Positions 41,163 through 52,881 of a stretch of 64,000 nucleotides of DNA are shown piece after piece (position 1 is the stretch's first letter; each line of letters opens with the position of its first letter). The translations under genes were made by a program, and so were the position numbers. A model generated the notes under the pieces. It was given only the letters and a program-made list of their open reading frames with translations, ran no database searches and was not told the DNA's origin. Origin of the DNA: the human T2T-CHM13v2.0 reference genome, Homo sapiens; the NCBI RefSeq assembly GCF_009914755.1, contig NC_060945.1; one strand, written 5' to 3'.

Positions 41163-41458
41163 GCCAGGTGTGGTGCTCAAGCCTATAATCCTAGAACTTT
41201 GGGAGGCTGAGACAGGAGGATTGCTTAAGCCCAGGAGTTTGAGACCAGTCTGGGTAACATGGTGAACCCCTGTCTGTACAAAAAATAAAAGTAAAAATAA
41301 ATTAGCCAGGCATGGTGGCACATGCCTGTAGTCCCAGCTACTCGAGAGGCTGAGGTGGGAGAATTGCTTGATCCCAGGAGACGGGTGGCAATGAGCCAAG
41401 ATTGTGCCAATGCACTCCAGCCTGGGCGACAGAGCGAGACCCTGTCTCAAAAAAAAAA
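41163..41458 (+). mobile_element. Alu (AluJ-like), sense
   Basis: ggccaggtgtggtgctcaagcctataatcc...cctgtctcaaaaaaaaaa. Confidence 0.95.
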
Positions 41459-41859
41459 GTTGTGACTTTGCTGTGTAGTCTTTGTGTAACATAATTTTAT
41501 GATTCTATTGTTTTAAGCTTAATATTCCAAATAGGTAATAATTATGTTAAAATGCAAAAAATTAGCCTATACTCTCATGATCTAAATATGTAGTAGTGGT
41601 TTTACAGAATATATTTCAAAGGATTGCCATTCTGTTTTATTTTTAGTAGCCAGTTATAGAAAGCATTATTTTTAAATAATGCCTAAGAATCTTTAAAGAA
41701 ATACCTGTCAATGTATGTTCCAGTTTAGTATCAAATTTATATTCAGAGCTCATAAGAATTTAAAAAGTTTCCCAGAGTCTGTAAATGGGATGGAGCTGTC
41801 CTTCAAGGGTGATAGTCCCCCTAGGTTTGAGTTGTCCTCTGCTGCTAGCATAGTACCAC

Positions 41860-42390
41860 CTGAGCTACCTGTGGGCCACCTTCACCACCCGTGGGTCCCT
41901 CCAGCCACCCCAGGGACACCTTAGCCTCCCTGGGTCGCCTTAGCCACCCCTGGGCCATGTTAGCCACCACAGGATCACCTTAGCATCCCTGGGTCACCTT
42001 AGCCACCCCAGGGTCACCTTAGCATCCCTGGGTCGCCTTAGCCACGCCTGGGCCATGTTAACTACCACAGGATCACCTTAGCATCCCTGGGTCGCCTTAG
42101 CCACCCCAGGGTCTCCTTAGCCATCCCAGGGCCACCTTAGCCACCTGTGGGTTACCTCAGCCACCAGTGAGTCACCTTAGCTACCCCAGGATCACCTTAG
42201 CCATTTGTGGGTCACCTTACCCACCCTTTCACCTTAGTCACTCATGGTCAGCTTAGCTGTTTGTGGGTCACTTAGCCACCCCTGGGCCACTGTAGCCACC
42301 TCTGGGTGTCCTTAGCCACCCCCGGGCCACCTTGGCCACTCTGGGTCACCTTGTCTACCCCTGGGTTACCTGAGCCACCCTTGGTCACTG
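41860..42390. repeat. Minisatellite, about 20-bp unit ggtcaccttagccacccctg
   Basis: Roughly 25 diverged copies visible. Confidence 0.92.
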
Positions 42391-43519
42391 TCTGTGGGTG
42401 CTTGCTTGCTTTAAGCCACATTATGCTACTGCAGCTAATTAAGGTCGCTCAATTCAAGTGTCTCCTTTTTTTGGGCTCCTGCCTTCTTTTTGTTTTTCAA
42501 ATCGAACACCCGCTATACTCATTTGAGAAGTGTAGACTTTGATTTTTAACCCTAAGTTGCATGGTAAAGTCACCTTTAAAGCCAATGGAAAAAGCTTAAT
42601 TGAATTCATTTGTTTGAAGAAGTAGAGGAATGTTGCAAGTAGACTGAAAGTTATACTTAGTCTGTTCTGTTTGAAACCATTCTCATTCAGAAAACAGAAA
42701 TGTGTTTATGTAAAGAAATATGTTACTTGACTTAATATTGTAAGGAATCTTAATTGAGAAAATAAGTAGTTGTGTTTTTTCTTTAACTGGGCAGCATTGT
42801 AGCGGGGTGGAGTGTGGGTCCCCAGGTTGGAGAGCTCTGGATTTGGAGTGGATCCTAGCACATGGCCACCATGTGACCTTGGGCAGTGACTCAGCCCAGC
42901 TGGCTGCCAGGCTGCTCCCCATGAGGTGGTGGGAGCCGTGTGGGATCTGCCTACTGGGTGTGCAGCTGCTGCGGCCTAAGCGGCGTCCTTGCTTGGTCCC
43001 CCCATGAACTCAGGGGTGTGGCCTGGCTCCGTCATGTGTTTTGCAGGGGGATCTGAGGGGCCCAGAAGGTAAGAAATTGCCTACGGCCCTTGGCTAATAG
43101 AAGAGGGAGCAGGGCTTTGACCAGGGGGACCAGCTAGTGACTCTGTGCTGGTTACTACTTTACCAACACCATGGCCATGCTGCACAGCTGTGCAGCCTCC
43201 ACCCACAAAGGCCAAAGCTCCAATGGCATCTGCGATGCTTGTAAAACAAGTAGCAGCCGTGTCCAGCCTGCTGCTCTGAAACCTCAGTCTCCTTTACTGA
43301 GATTTGATGATGTTTAAATGAGCAAATGCATGTGTAGTGATTGGCAGGTGGCCATCGCTCAGCCGACTTTTCCTGTGCCCTCTGCTTCGGCAGGTGCCCT
43401 TCCTGGCTCCCTGCTTCTTCCTCTCCTAACCTCCTGGCACTGTGCTCCTCACTCAGGAATTGCACCCAGCATCACCTCTGCAGGTGAGTCCCACACCTTC
43501 CCCCTGCTCTCCAAACTCA

Positions 43520-44333
43520 GACCCCAAGTCCAGCAGCATCTTCTCTCAGGCATCTATAGACCTCCACAACTTAAGACATCCAAATTCTCATTCCCTTGCC
43601 TTGCCATAATCTTCCCATCTCAGCAGCTCCTTCCTTCCAGGCTCTCAGGCTGAAGGTGGCCTATCCTTTCTTTTCTATCCCACATGGCAGCCAGGAGGCC
43701 TGTGGGCGGTGCCTTCAGGACATGCCTCTTGTGCCCCTGTCCCCTACTCTGGCCTGAGTGTTCCTTTTAAAACTAGGTCAGAACTAGATTAAAGCCCGTG
43801 TCCAAGATGCTGCCACAGTCTCTTGCCACCATATGACTGCCATGTCCTCACTGTGGCCCAGGAGGTCCCATGTGCAGAGCCGCTGGACCTCCGTCTCCTC
43901 TCACTCTCTGTTAACTGTGCTGCTGTCAGACTGGCTGCCTGGCTGTTCCTGGGCGGTTTCAGGTGCTGCGGCTACCTAGAACCTTCCATCTTCCTTTCTT
44001 CACTCTTCCCAGAAGAGAACACTCTTCCCAGCTGTCTTACGGCCAGCTTCCTCACCACCTCGCTGCAGTCTTTTCCGCAATGGCATCGCCACTACTGCCC
44101 TCCCACATCCAGCCATCATCCTAGAATAACAGCCACTGTTGTCCCCTGACACTTGATGGCAGTTCATCTTTTATGACCCCCATTGTCCCCATTGTCAGTT
44201 GTCTTTTTTTTTCCTTATTAGAACATAAGCTCCAGGAAAGCAGATGTTAACGTCTTTGTTCACTGATGTATCTCAGGCATTTAGGACAGTACTGGTACAT
44301 AGTAGATGCTCAGTAAATAGTTAGATGAATGAA
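43520..44333 (+). mobile_element. L2 LINE 3' portion
   Basis: Characteristic end: ataagctccaggaaagcag...ttcactgatgtatctcagg...ggtacatagtagatgctcagtaaatagttagatgaatgaat. Confidence 0.7.
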
Positions 44334-45414
44334 TATTTGCTACTTTTCTTATTGACAGACATTTCTGAGGTACTTTAATATTACGTTAAGTAATGTTACA
44401 ATTTCCCATGTGTTGATTTTATGTAAATAATGAGTAAATTACTCTCATAGAGATTTTAGAATTCTAATAAACTCATATTTCCCCTTCTTAAAAGAGTAGA
44501 AAAATGCTTTTAAGAGTTTTCCTAAATTAATATTCTGGGAACATTAAATTTTAGAACTTTACTCTGAGGGCATAGATAAAAATAAAATTAATTAGATACC
44601 AGGAATGTCAGATGCTAAATGGTGTATGGCTATTTGTGACATTCTCCTAGAATTAAACAGTTATTAACTTGCAAAGACATGGCAGCTGAAGTCAGAAATT
44701 GATGAACTTTTAAAGTTGGGAAAAAAAGAGCTTTAAGGTATCTTATTAAAATTGTAAACTGTCAGTTTAATCATCATAGAAACCATACCTGATACAGTAA
44801 ATCGTTGCTATTCTGCTTTGAATTTCTGGATTCTCATGAATCAGACATTCTATTTTTATGTTTCTCTTCAATAATCCTAAAGGTGGAAGAAAGAAATGGG
44901 AAGAAAAAGGAAGAGAACCATAGCTACGTTGTGAGGGCATTGCTTCAACTCTGGTAACTTCATGTGAAATGACTACAAAATGAATTAATATGCAGTAAGA
45001 GAGCCAGTGCCCCACCAGGGCACCTTTCCACTTGCTGGCACACAGATTTACCACAATTAGGATACTGCTTGTCCTGTCATGCCGGGAGAGTCTAAATTAC
45101 TCTGACTTTCAAGAAACCAAAAATATGCATTTTTGATGTTAGGAAGATTTACTGTGCATTGGGCTGTGTCATTTGATGAGGAAAAAACCAAATGATCTCT
45201 TTATGAAAATGAAGGTAAAATATATGTAAATGCCATTTTAATCTAACTTTTTATATGAATGTAGAACAAATATCAAACAGGATTATACAGTGTGATAGTC
45301 AGGAAAGTAGCATGCTTTTGTGTTTTATAGACTAGTCTAAAAGGAGCCCCAGTAGACTTGGTATTGTTAAACCAAGGAGATCTTGAGAACTGTTCTGTCT
45401 CCCTTGTGCCCATA

Positions 45415-45870
45415 GAATTGTAGCCTGTGGAGGTGACCAAGGAACCAGATCCCAAGAGGCCTCTGCCACTGAAAGGAGATTTTTATTACTTGCGTTTCCT
45501 AGACGGGGGGGCACTCGCGCCAAGCAGGCCCACAGGGCACACTGGTGTCAGTCAAGGGGCAGAAAGGAGCCACAGGAAAGCCCAGGACAGAGCCTGAGTG
45601 GGGTTTCTGTGGGAAAGGCAGGGCAGGGCACCCGTGTAGGAATGGCTAGTGTGAACAGTTCCAGTGGGCCCTGGGCTGTAGGAGAGATCACTAGCTGCCT
45701 GCTACCAGGCCCTGGGGTGATTTCGGGCAGGCGGGCAGTTAGATAAGGGAGGTGGGTAGAGCCGACCACCTGCCTGGAACCCTGTGCTGGCTATAAGCCC
45801 TGGGAGGGCCAGTCTCTCCCTGTGTCTGTAAGGCCCACAAATGCCAAAGCATTAGGAATAAGAAAATGGA
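45415..45870. mobile_element. Probable old ERVL-class LTR
   Basis: gggtttctgtgggaaaggcagggcaggg and accaggccctggggtgattt resemble ERVL LTRs; family not resolved. Confidence 0.4.
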
Positions 45871-46244
45871 CGTAATAGAATTGATCCTGTGAGGACTGGA
45901 TGCCTAACTGCCACATACAGAATGTGAGAAAGCACAGAACAACTGCCTTCATTGACAAGATGGTGCCCAGAGCTCAAGACAGGCACACAGCAGGAGGATG
46001 CCGGCAGGATCCCTCAACAAGCTTACCGTGGTATCTTTCACAATGTTAACTGTCATCCCAGATGAACTTTTAATGACAGTGTATCTCTGAAGATTGTGCT
46101 TTTAGCGTATTTTCACTTAAAGTCATATCTCATTTAGTAGACCTGCCAGATTCCTGAAAAGTTACACACAAGCCAGCTGACATGACCTTTGCCAGTCATG
46201 TTGACCACGTTCTCACCGAGCTGTGGACTCCTCACTAGGAGCCT

Positions 46245-46404
46245 TTACCTACGGCCAGATGGCTGTTGTCACTGCCTGTGGTGGGGTTACGGTTTCGGAC
46301 TCACCTGATCCGTTCTGCCGGGATTACCTACGGCCAGATGGCTGTTGTCACTGCCTGTGGTGGGGTTATGGTTTCGGACGCACCTGATCCGTTCTGCCGG
46401 GATT
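46245..46404. repeat. Near-perfect tandem duplication, 79-bp unit x2
   Basis: ttacctacggccagatggctgttgtcactgcc...gttctgccgggat at 46245 and 46324. Confidence 0.95.
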
Positions 46405-49400
46405 TTAAAGTATGGGAGTTTAGGCATACTTTGCAAGTTGTTTCTTGAATATACTTTTCTGAATTATGGCTTGCTATACAAGTTTTGGTCTTTTAAGGTA
46501 AGAGTTACAATGGAGATGGGGAAATTATACTTTTCTCATTTCAAGGAAAGCAACAGTCATGAGTTATGCATCAGTTGGGAAACGGGATGATAGGAAGTTG
46601 CAAGGCAACCTGGTTTCAGCCGGACCGGGACTCTCCCGGGGCTGCGTCCTGCTAGAGCTGGCAGGACACAGAATACCACTAGCAGCCTCCCTGGGAGTGG
46701 CTTGGCGTCTTGGCCACCTCTTTCCACGGATGTGGTGGATGTGGGGGTAAACTAGAGAGACTAAAGCCCACTATTGGGCTCAGCTTCCTGTAGAAATCAA
46801 ATCAGATGAAAACCCTGACCCAGAGGGAGAAGGCAGAGAGTTGGACTTTTGAAAACGTGAGTGTGTCCAGCAACCAGGCAGCAACAGTCCTTGTTTTTAT
46901 CGAACTTCTATAAGCACTTTATTTCTCCAGAATAATTTCATCATAAAGAATCCAGAGCTCAGACAGCTCTTTACCATCTGTCTTTTCCTTTTTTCTTACC
47001 CTGTGTTTGGCTTGATCTGGACTGCACTTAACCATGACAATGTTAAGTGCTTTCTTCTGGGTAAAAATTCTGGCTTCTTCTCCAGAAATTCTGGCTCCAC
47101 TTCTCAAATTGTTTCTGTCCCTGTTAGGAGACCCCTGGGGCCTCGGCTGGAGAGACAGTGCAGCTAGTCCCAGCAGCCACTGTGCTTGGGCCTGGCCAGC
47201 CCCTCCTCAGGGGTCACGGCACTGCTCACCTGGTGACTAGGTCTTCTCAGCCAGATCAGTTCATGTGCTCTGGTGTTTTTGAGCTTCTGGCTAGTCCTCA
47301 GTTTCTCAGACCTGGTTAATCACAGTGTGGAGTCATTTTTCATAACTGTGCACCTCACTTGTTTGATGCATGGCAAGGGAATAATTAAATTAATAAACCT
47401 ACAGATATTCCCCCTTACAGTTTTCAAATACAGTAAGTGAATTTCTACTATAAAATAGGTCCAAAGAGGTTTTATTGTTTCTTATTTGAAATAATTAAAG
47501 AACATTTATGTTTCCCTTTTGTGGTTTCTTGGTTCTAATCCTGTGGGTTGCTTTTGACGTCCTCTGTTGGGGATACACTGTGCATCCGTATTTAACAGGA
47601 GATCCCGAACTCCCAGCAGGGAGCTAAGCACAGATGTGTGCACAGATGCGTGCTTAGGTAAGGATTTTGTGCAAGGTGACTTGTAATATGAAACTGTAAA
47701 ACGTGCTACCTTAGACTGGAGAGAGAAGGGGGTGGTCTGATGTTTTCCACACGCCTCTTTTACCAAAATGGGTCATCTTATCTGTCTCAGGCCAGGCCCC
47801 CGGGGGTGCACAGGAACAGCACAGCTGCAGTGAAGGAGGGGCTCCTGCAGCCGGGCTGGCCCCAGAGCTGTGGGTCGTGCCCTGCGTGTTGCTCAGCGCG
47901 TTCTGCAGTTGCCCTGGCCTTAGTCCCCCATCTCGCTGTGATAGCCATGCAGGTCAGCAACTGTGAGCCTTCCTGGCTCCCACGCTGCCCCCGGCACCTC
48001 TCTCTGTTTCTGCTCCCAGCATCCTCTCAGCTTCTCTTCTGAGCCCCACGCAGCGGTTCCTGCTTTACCAGCACCACTTCTCCTCTGTCACCGAGAGAGA
48101 GCAAGAGGCTGCCGCGCCTGTGCCAACTGCCTGGTGAGGCTCCGTCGAGTGATGTGCAGGGCCTTGCGGTACAGCCCTCTCGAACTCACCCCACCAGAGG
48201 CCTGTCGGCATCACTGTCAGAAACAGGCGTTCTCCCCTCCCAGCCCCCGTCACAAGCTAAGCATCTGTGAGAACGGAGGCTCTGCTTCCCCGAGGATCCT
48301 GCCCCAGACGTGGGGGCAGCCTTTGCAGACAGCTTCTGTCCCACTCACCTCCTCCTTGGTTTTCACTCCTTTATGCCCTCACGGACCTGCCCACCAGTTC
48401 CCAAGCCCTCAGGGCCATGGCAGCCTCCGTGAGGGTGTGAGCTGGGTAAAAGGAATTAAGGTGGAGTCACAGCTACCAGTGGCTGATTGCCCGTGGGTGT
48501 CAGGCTGGCCCTAGGTGCCCCATTGCTAGTTCACTGTCCTGGGACGGCCCCAGTATTGTCAGCATTGAAGGAAAGAATCCGGACAGGCAGCAGAGGCTCC
48601 CACCTGATGACACTGAGGCTCCTGCCTTAGCACCAGGGCCTGGGCTCCCCTTTGCTGTAATGTCGTAAAGTATGTCAGGAAGGTTTGCCCATGACCTGGT
48701 GGAGAGAGAAGAGATGTGACAAGGCGACTCTGGCTTGTGTATCCCGCCCACAGGGGAAGCTTGGAGGAGTCGGTTTGTGAAAAATCAGGGCTCTGAGGGC
48801 ACTGGAGCTGGTGCTGAGTTCTGCAGCAGTCAAGAAGTAGAGCAGAGCTGAAATCCTGGCTGCTCATGGGCATCACAGATGCATTCGCCAGCAGCTGGGC
48901 TCGGCTTTGCTCTAACATCCGCCCCTCCTCTGGGAGCGTTGTTTCTCTACTCCTGGCTGCCCAGCCCAGCTCCCTGGCCTGGCGAGATCTCTGCATCATT
49001 TCTTCTCCCCAGCTTCTCTCTCCACCCATGCCGCCATGGGAGAGTTTAGGCTGTCTCGTCCCTGACTGGCCTGAGGTAGGGCTGTGACTGTCTCCTTTTC
49101 CCTCTCTCCTGTCTTCCTCACCTATGCCCACATAATCAGTCCACCTTCCTTACTGCTGGATGCAAACCTGCTGAGTCTCTATGGCTTTCAGGATGGAGTT
49201 CAAAGACATCACCTCAGCGTGAAAGGCCCTTTCAGGTCTGGCCCGGCACAACCCTGACACCCGCATGTTCCTGGGTGCAACAACATGGGGCCCCAGGGCA
49301 GCTTCCCATGATGCATCAGCCTCTGCTGGCTCCTGATGTGGCCTCTGTTCCTGTCTTAGGCCCCTATTCCTCTCGGCAGGCTCCACACTTGCCTTACTCT

Positions 49401-49984
49401 ATCTCAGAAGCTCATCCTGACACCAGCTCTGTCCTCTGTACTGGGAACATGGAGCAGAAATCCATCACGGCTGCTGATCCATGCATGCTGATGAGTTGCT
49501 GGCTGCCTCCTTGTGCACAGCATCTGGGGGCACTCAGGTGGCCCTGCTGTCTCTGGGCCTGTCCCTGACACTGGCAGGGGTTGGGGCACCAGAGTTCAAA
49601 TGGGGGCCGCATATCTTGTCTAAATCTTCCAGAGTTTTAAGTCAAGCCAGTGCACTATTGATACAATATGTTGTGTCTTCTTCTTTGACAACTACATCTT
49701 CAAAATGGAAAAAATATGTGGGGACCTATGGTTTTTATATGAATTAATGTTGGCAAAATATCAAAGACCACTGAATTTAACTGTTAATTTAACTGTTATC
49801 TAGGTGTTCTGTTCAGAGGCCACTCATGTTTGAATGAGTAACAGGATCAAGACATGATTTATCAATAAGTGCATATATCTCCCATAACATTGATTATTTT
49901 GTTTTTATTTCTGCAAATGACTAATCATGTTTTATATTAAGCATTTTCGGATAATGCTTGTTCTGTTGGTGCTCACGGCCTAAT

Positions 49985-50140
49985 GCGGGGCTAGCGCACA
50001 GCGGCCTACATCCTGTTTTTTGTGCAGTGTTTACAGTTTTTAAAGAGTTGTTAAAAAATAAAATAGTGCAACAGAGACATGGCCACGAAGTCTAAAGTAC
50101 TTACTCTTTGCCCCTTTACAGAAAATGTTTGCTACCACTT
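49985..50140 (+). mobile_element. MER58-like hAT-Charlie fragment
   Basis: tgcaacagagacatggccacgaagtctaaagtacttactctttgcccctttacagaaaatgtttgc. Confidence 0.65.
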
Positions 50141-50174
50141 GATCTAAAGGATTAAAAAATAAAACATGTCATTG

Positions 50175-50469
<295 letters not shown>

Positions 50470-52599
50470 TCATTGAATTTGAAGTATACAAAATTTGAAT
50501 ATCTTTCTATCAAAAATTTGAATTTTAAGGAAATAACAAAGCAAAAATTATAATTTTTTGTGTTTTCAAAAAATTATTTTTTCTAAATTATTAAGTTATA
50601 AGATATAAAGTAGTTAATGTGAAATGTTTAAATCAAAATTGTTTAAAGCTGAGTTTTAAATTTAATACTTTGAAAATTTAGTTAAATCATATTAATAATT
50701 TTATAAGAAATAAAACTATTGATAATTCTGATGTCTGACATCTGTCTGATTGCTGACATGGATCCTGAGTCTTACAGTGTTTTGAGGGCCTCCAGCTACA
50801 TTGGGGTTCCAGTGCCAGAGTGGCTGGCAGCCCCACCCTAACGAGAAGTGAAGGGGCTGGGCATGCTGTTTCCAGTGCTTTCATGAGATGCTGCTTTGCC
50901 TGGCGGTCGGGCCTGATGTCTCGTTGTTCCACCTGTGACCAAGGGGTCCCTCTGGAAATGTGTGTGTACTGACACATGCCCTGGTGGCTCTTGTCTGATC
51001 CATGTCCAGGTTATTCCTGCCTGACCGTCACTCGTGCCAGGAGCCCAACACAAATTCAGGCACAAATTCAGTACACCACACAATGGGGGAAACATGTTCA
51101 AAGATTTTTACTTACAGGTCCTGAGCAGGGAGGGTGCCATGAGTCAGGAGGGCCGTCCTCTGTCCCTGGGTCATGCAAGCAGGAACAAAGGGTCAGGCAG
51201 AGAGAGAGAGCACTGCAGCCAACCAGCAGAACAAATAAGGGAGTAGGGTGGGGTCACTTGAAGTGTGTGGGCAGGTGCCTGAGTGAAAGATGCCTCTAGG
51301 TTCTCATCTCTGGTACTGGCTTGAGCCACTGGGTGTGGTGTAGAACTACAAAGTGTCAGGGGTGGCTGAACTCTGCCGCTACTAGGAGAAAGTGCAGCTC
51401 ATATTCCAGATAGATGCTGAGGCAATAGAAAATGAAAAGAATTCACTATGCTTACGCAGAGTGTGTCTGGACACACACAAATTTAAGAGTAATAAGAATT
51501 GCTTAATATGGCATAATTTCCTTAGGTGCCATGTGCAGTTGTCACAAGCATTGCACTAATTGGAATAATGAATTAGAAAGTGGATGTTGGTCATTATTAG
51601 GAAAAGGTACTTTGTTACACGAGACAGTAATTGCATTGTGGCAAGAGAAAGAATCTGACTAATTAATTTGTCTTTTTTTTCTTTTGCCTATGAGTGCTTC
51701 TTCTGCTTGACTCCTCCCCATAATCGGACTCCTTCCAAGACAGCCTAATCTTCAGGGCATTTGGATGCAGCTGCCTTTTGTTCCAGAGACACAGGCCATC
51801 TCAGGGGAGGTATCTCCCTGGGGCCTGAACAGCGTTTTTCTAGACAAGAGGAGGCTGAGGGCTGTGGGTTCTGCTTTGCCAGCCCTGAATGCTGGATCCC
51901 GAGTGGCAGAGGCACCAAGTGCTGTATGATGTGTGTATGTGATGTGTGTGCATGTACATGTGTGTGATGTGTGTCCCTGCTCGCCCCAGGCTGGCCATGG
52001 TACTGTGCTAGTCACAGACTGGCTGTGCTGATCAAGCCAGGCACAGTGGAAAATGGGAAGATGTTGGCGTTTGCCCCTCCCTTGGCTGTGTGTCATTCAC
52101 CTGGGGCATGAGCTGTGCCCCTGCTCTGCAGTAATGAACAAGGCAGCTCAGCATTGGTCCGAGACACGTGAGTTAAGAGAGGAGGAAGAGCACTCTCTGG
52201 GGGCGGGGGGATCCATTTGTCAGTGGCCTGCAGTTTCCTGTCCCAGGGATTTCACTGGTGACATCCTGACCACTCACCTGCACTTTATATGGAGCTGTTT
52301 TCATCAGCTGGCGTCTGCTGAGCCTCTGCATTGTGTTGTGTGGTAGCCTGTTACTTTTTGCAGTTTTATTTTCTAAACTGTACTCTTTTATTGATAGATT
52401 TTTTGTATTAGGATTTCCATTTAAACAGGACTTTGGTACGTCTGCTGTGGGAGATTTGTTTCCCTAGAAGATTCACGGCTGTCGTTCTCTCCCCTCTGCT
52501 CGTGGTGTTTTACTGTGACTGCGCTGAACGGTTAGCTGTCACATGTCATTCTCTGGGTGGTGTGCTCTGAAGTCATTGTGGTGTGTGGGCCCCTTCAGC

Positions 52600-52781
52600 C
52601 TAGTTCTGCCTAACTGCGGCATGATGAATGGGCCCGAGGCAGAGGAGGAGGCTCCCTCGTCGGTAGGGGCTGCTGTTGTCGCAGCTGCCGGCACACGGAA
52701 GTGAGTCGGTGTGCTGCTGCCCCGAGTGACTGAGGGACAGAATGAGGCTGGGGCCGGCCGGACTGGCATTGGCGTGTCTGC
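52600..52781 (+). promoter_or_regulatory. CpG-enriched alternative promoter / 5'UTR of ADARB1 exon 0
   Basis: Local CpG enrichment and ETS motif cggaagtg at about 52696, directly upstream of the exon-0 ATG. Confidence 0.5.
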
Positions 52782-52881
52782 ATGGCGTCGTCCACCACTG
52801 GGCCTTTGCACATGGGGACCTTTTTCAGCGTCATGGGGCGTCGGTATAAAAGGAGGCGCAAGAAGCGCTCTGAGAGGAAAG
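52782..52881 (+). CDS. ADARB1: ADARB1 alternative coding exon 0 (R-domain N-terminal extension, ADAR2R)
   Basis: ATG 52782 with in-frame upstream TGA at 52743. Encodes MASSTTGPLHMGTFFSVMGRRYKRRRKKRSERK plus G, then donor AAG|GTAATT (phase 1). Joined to the remembered next exon (acagaaac...gccATG) it adds 16 aa, giving the known 49-aa extension. Not in the ORF track because it is spliced. Confidence 0.9.

Noticed and set aside
44560-45290. Possible decayed hAT transposase or phosphatase-like (YGFYD) pseudogene remnant
   Set aside because: Only short, out-of-order motif resemblances (DILLELN, IRILL, YGFYDD) were seen; this needs Dfam or tblastn to support.
52845-52851. TATAAAA as a TATA box
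   Set aside because: It lies within exon-0 codons (Tyr-Lys-Arg), 30 nt before a splice donor, and is better explained as coding sequence.
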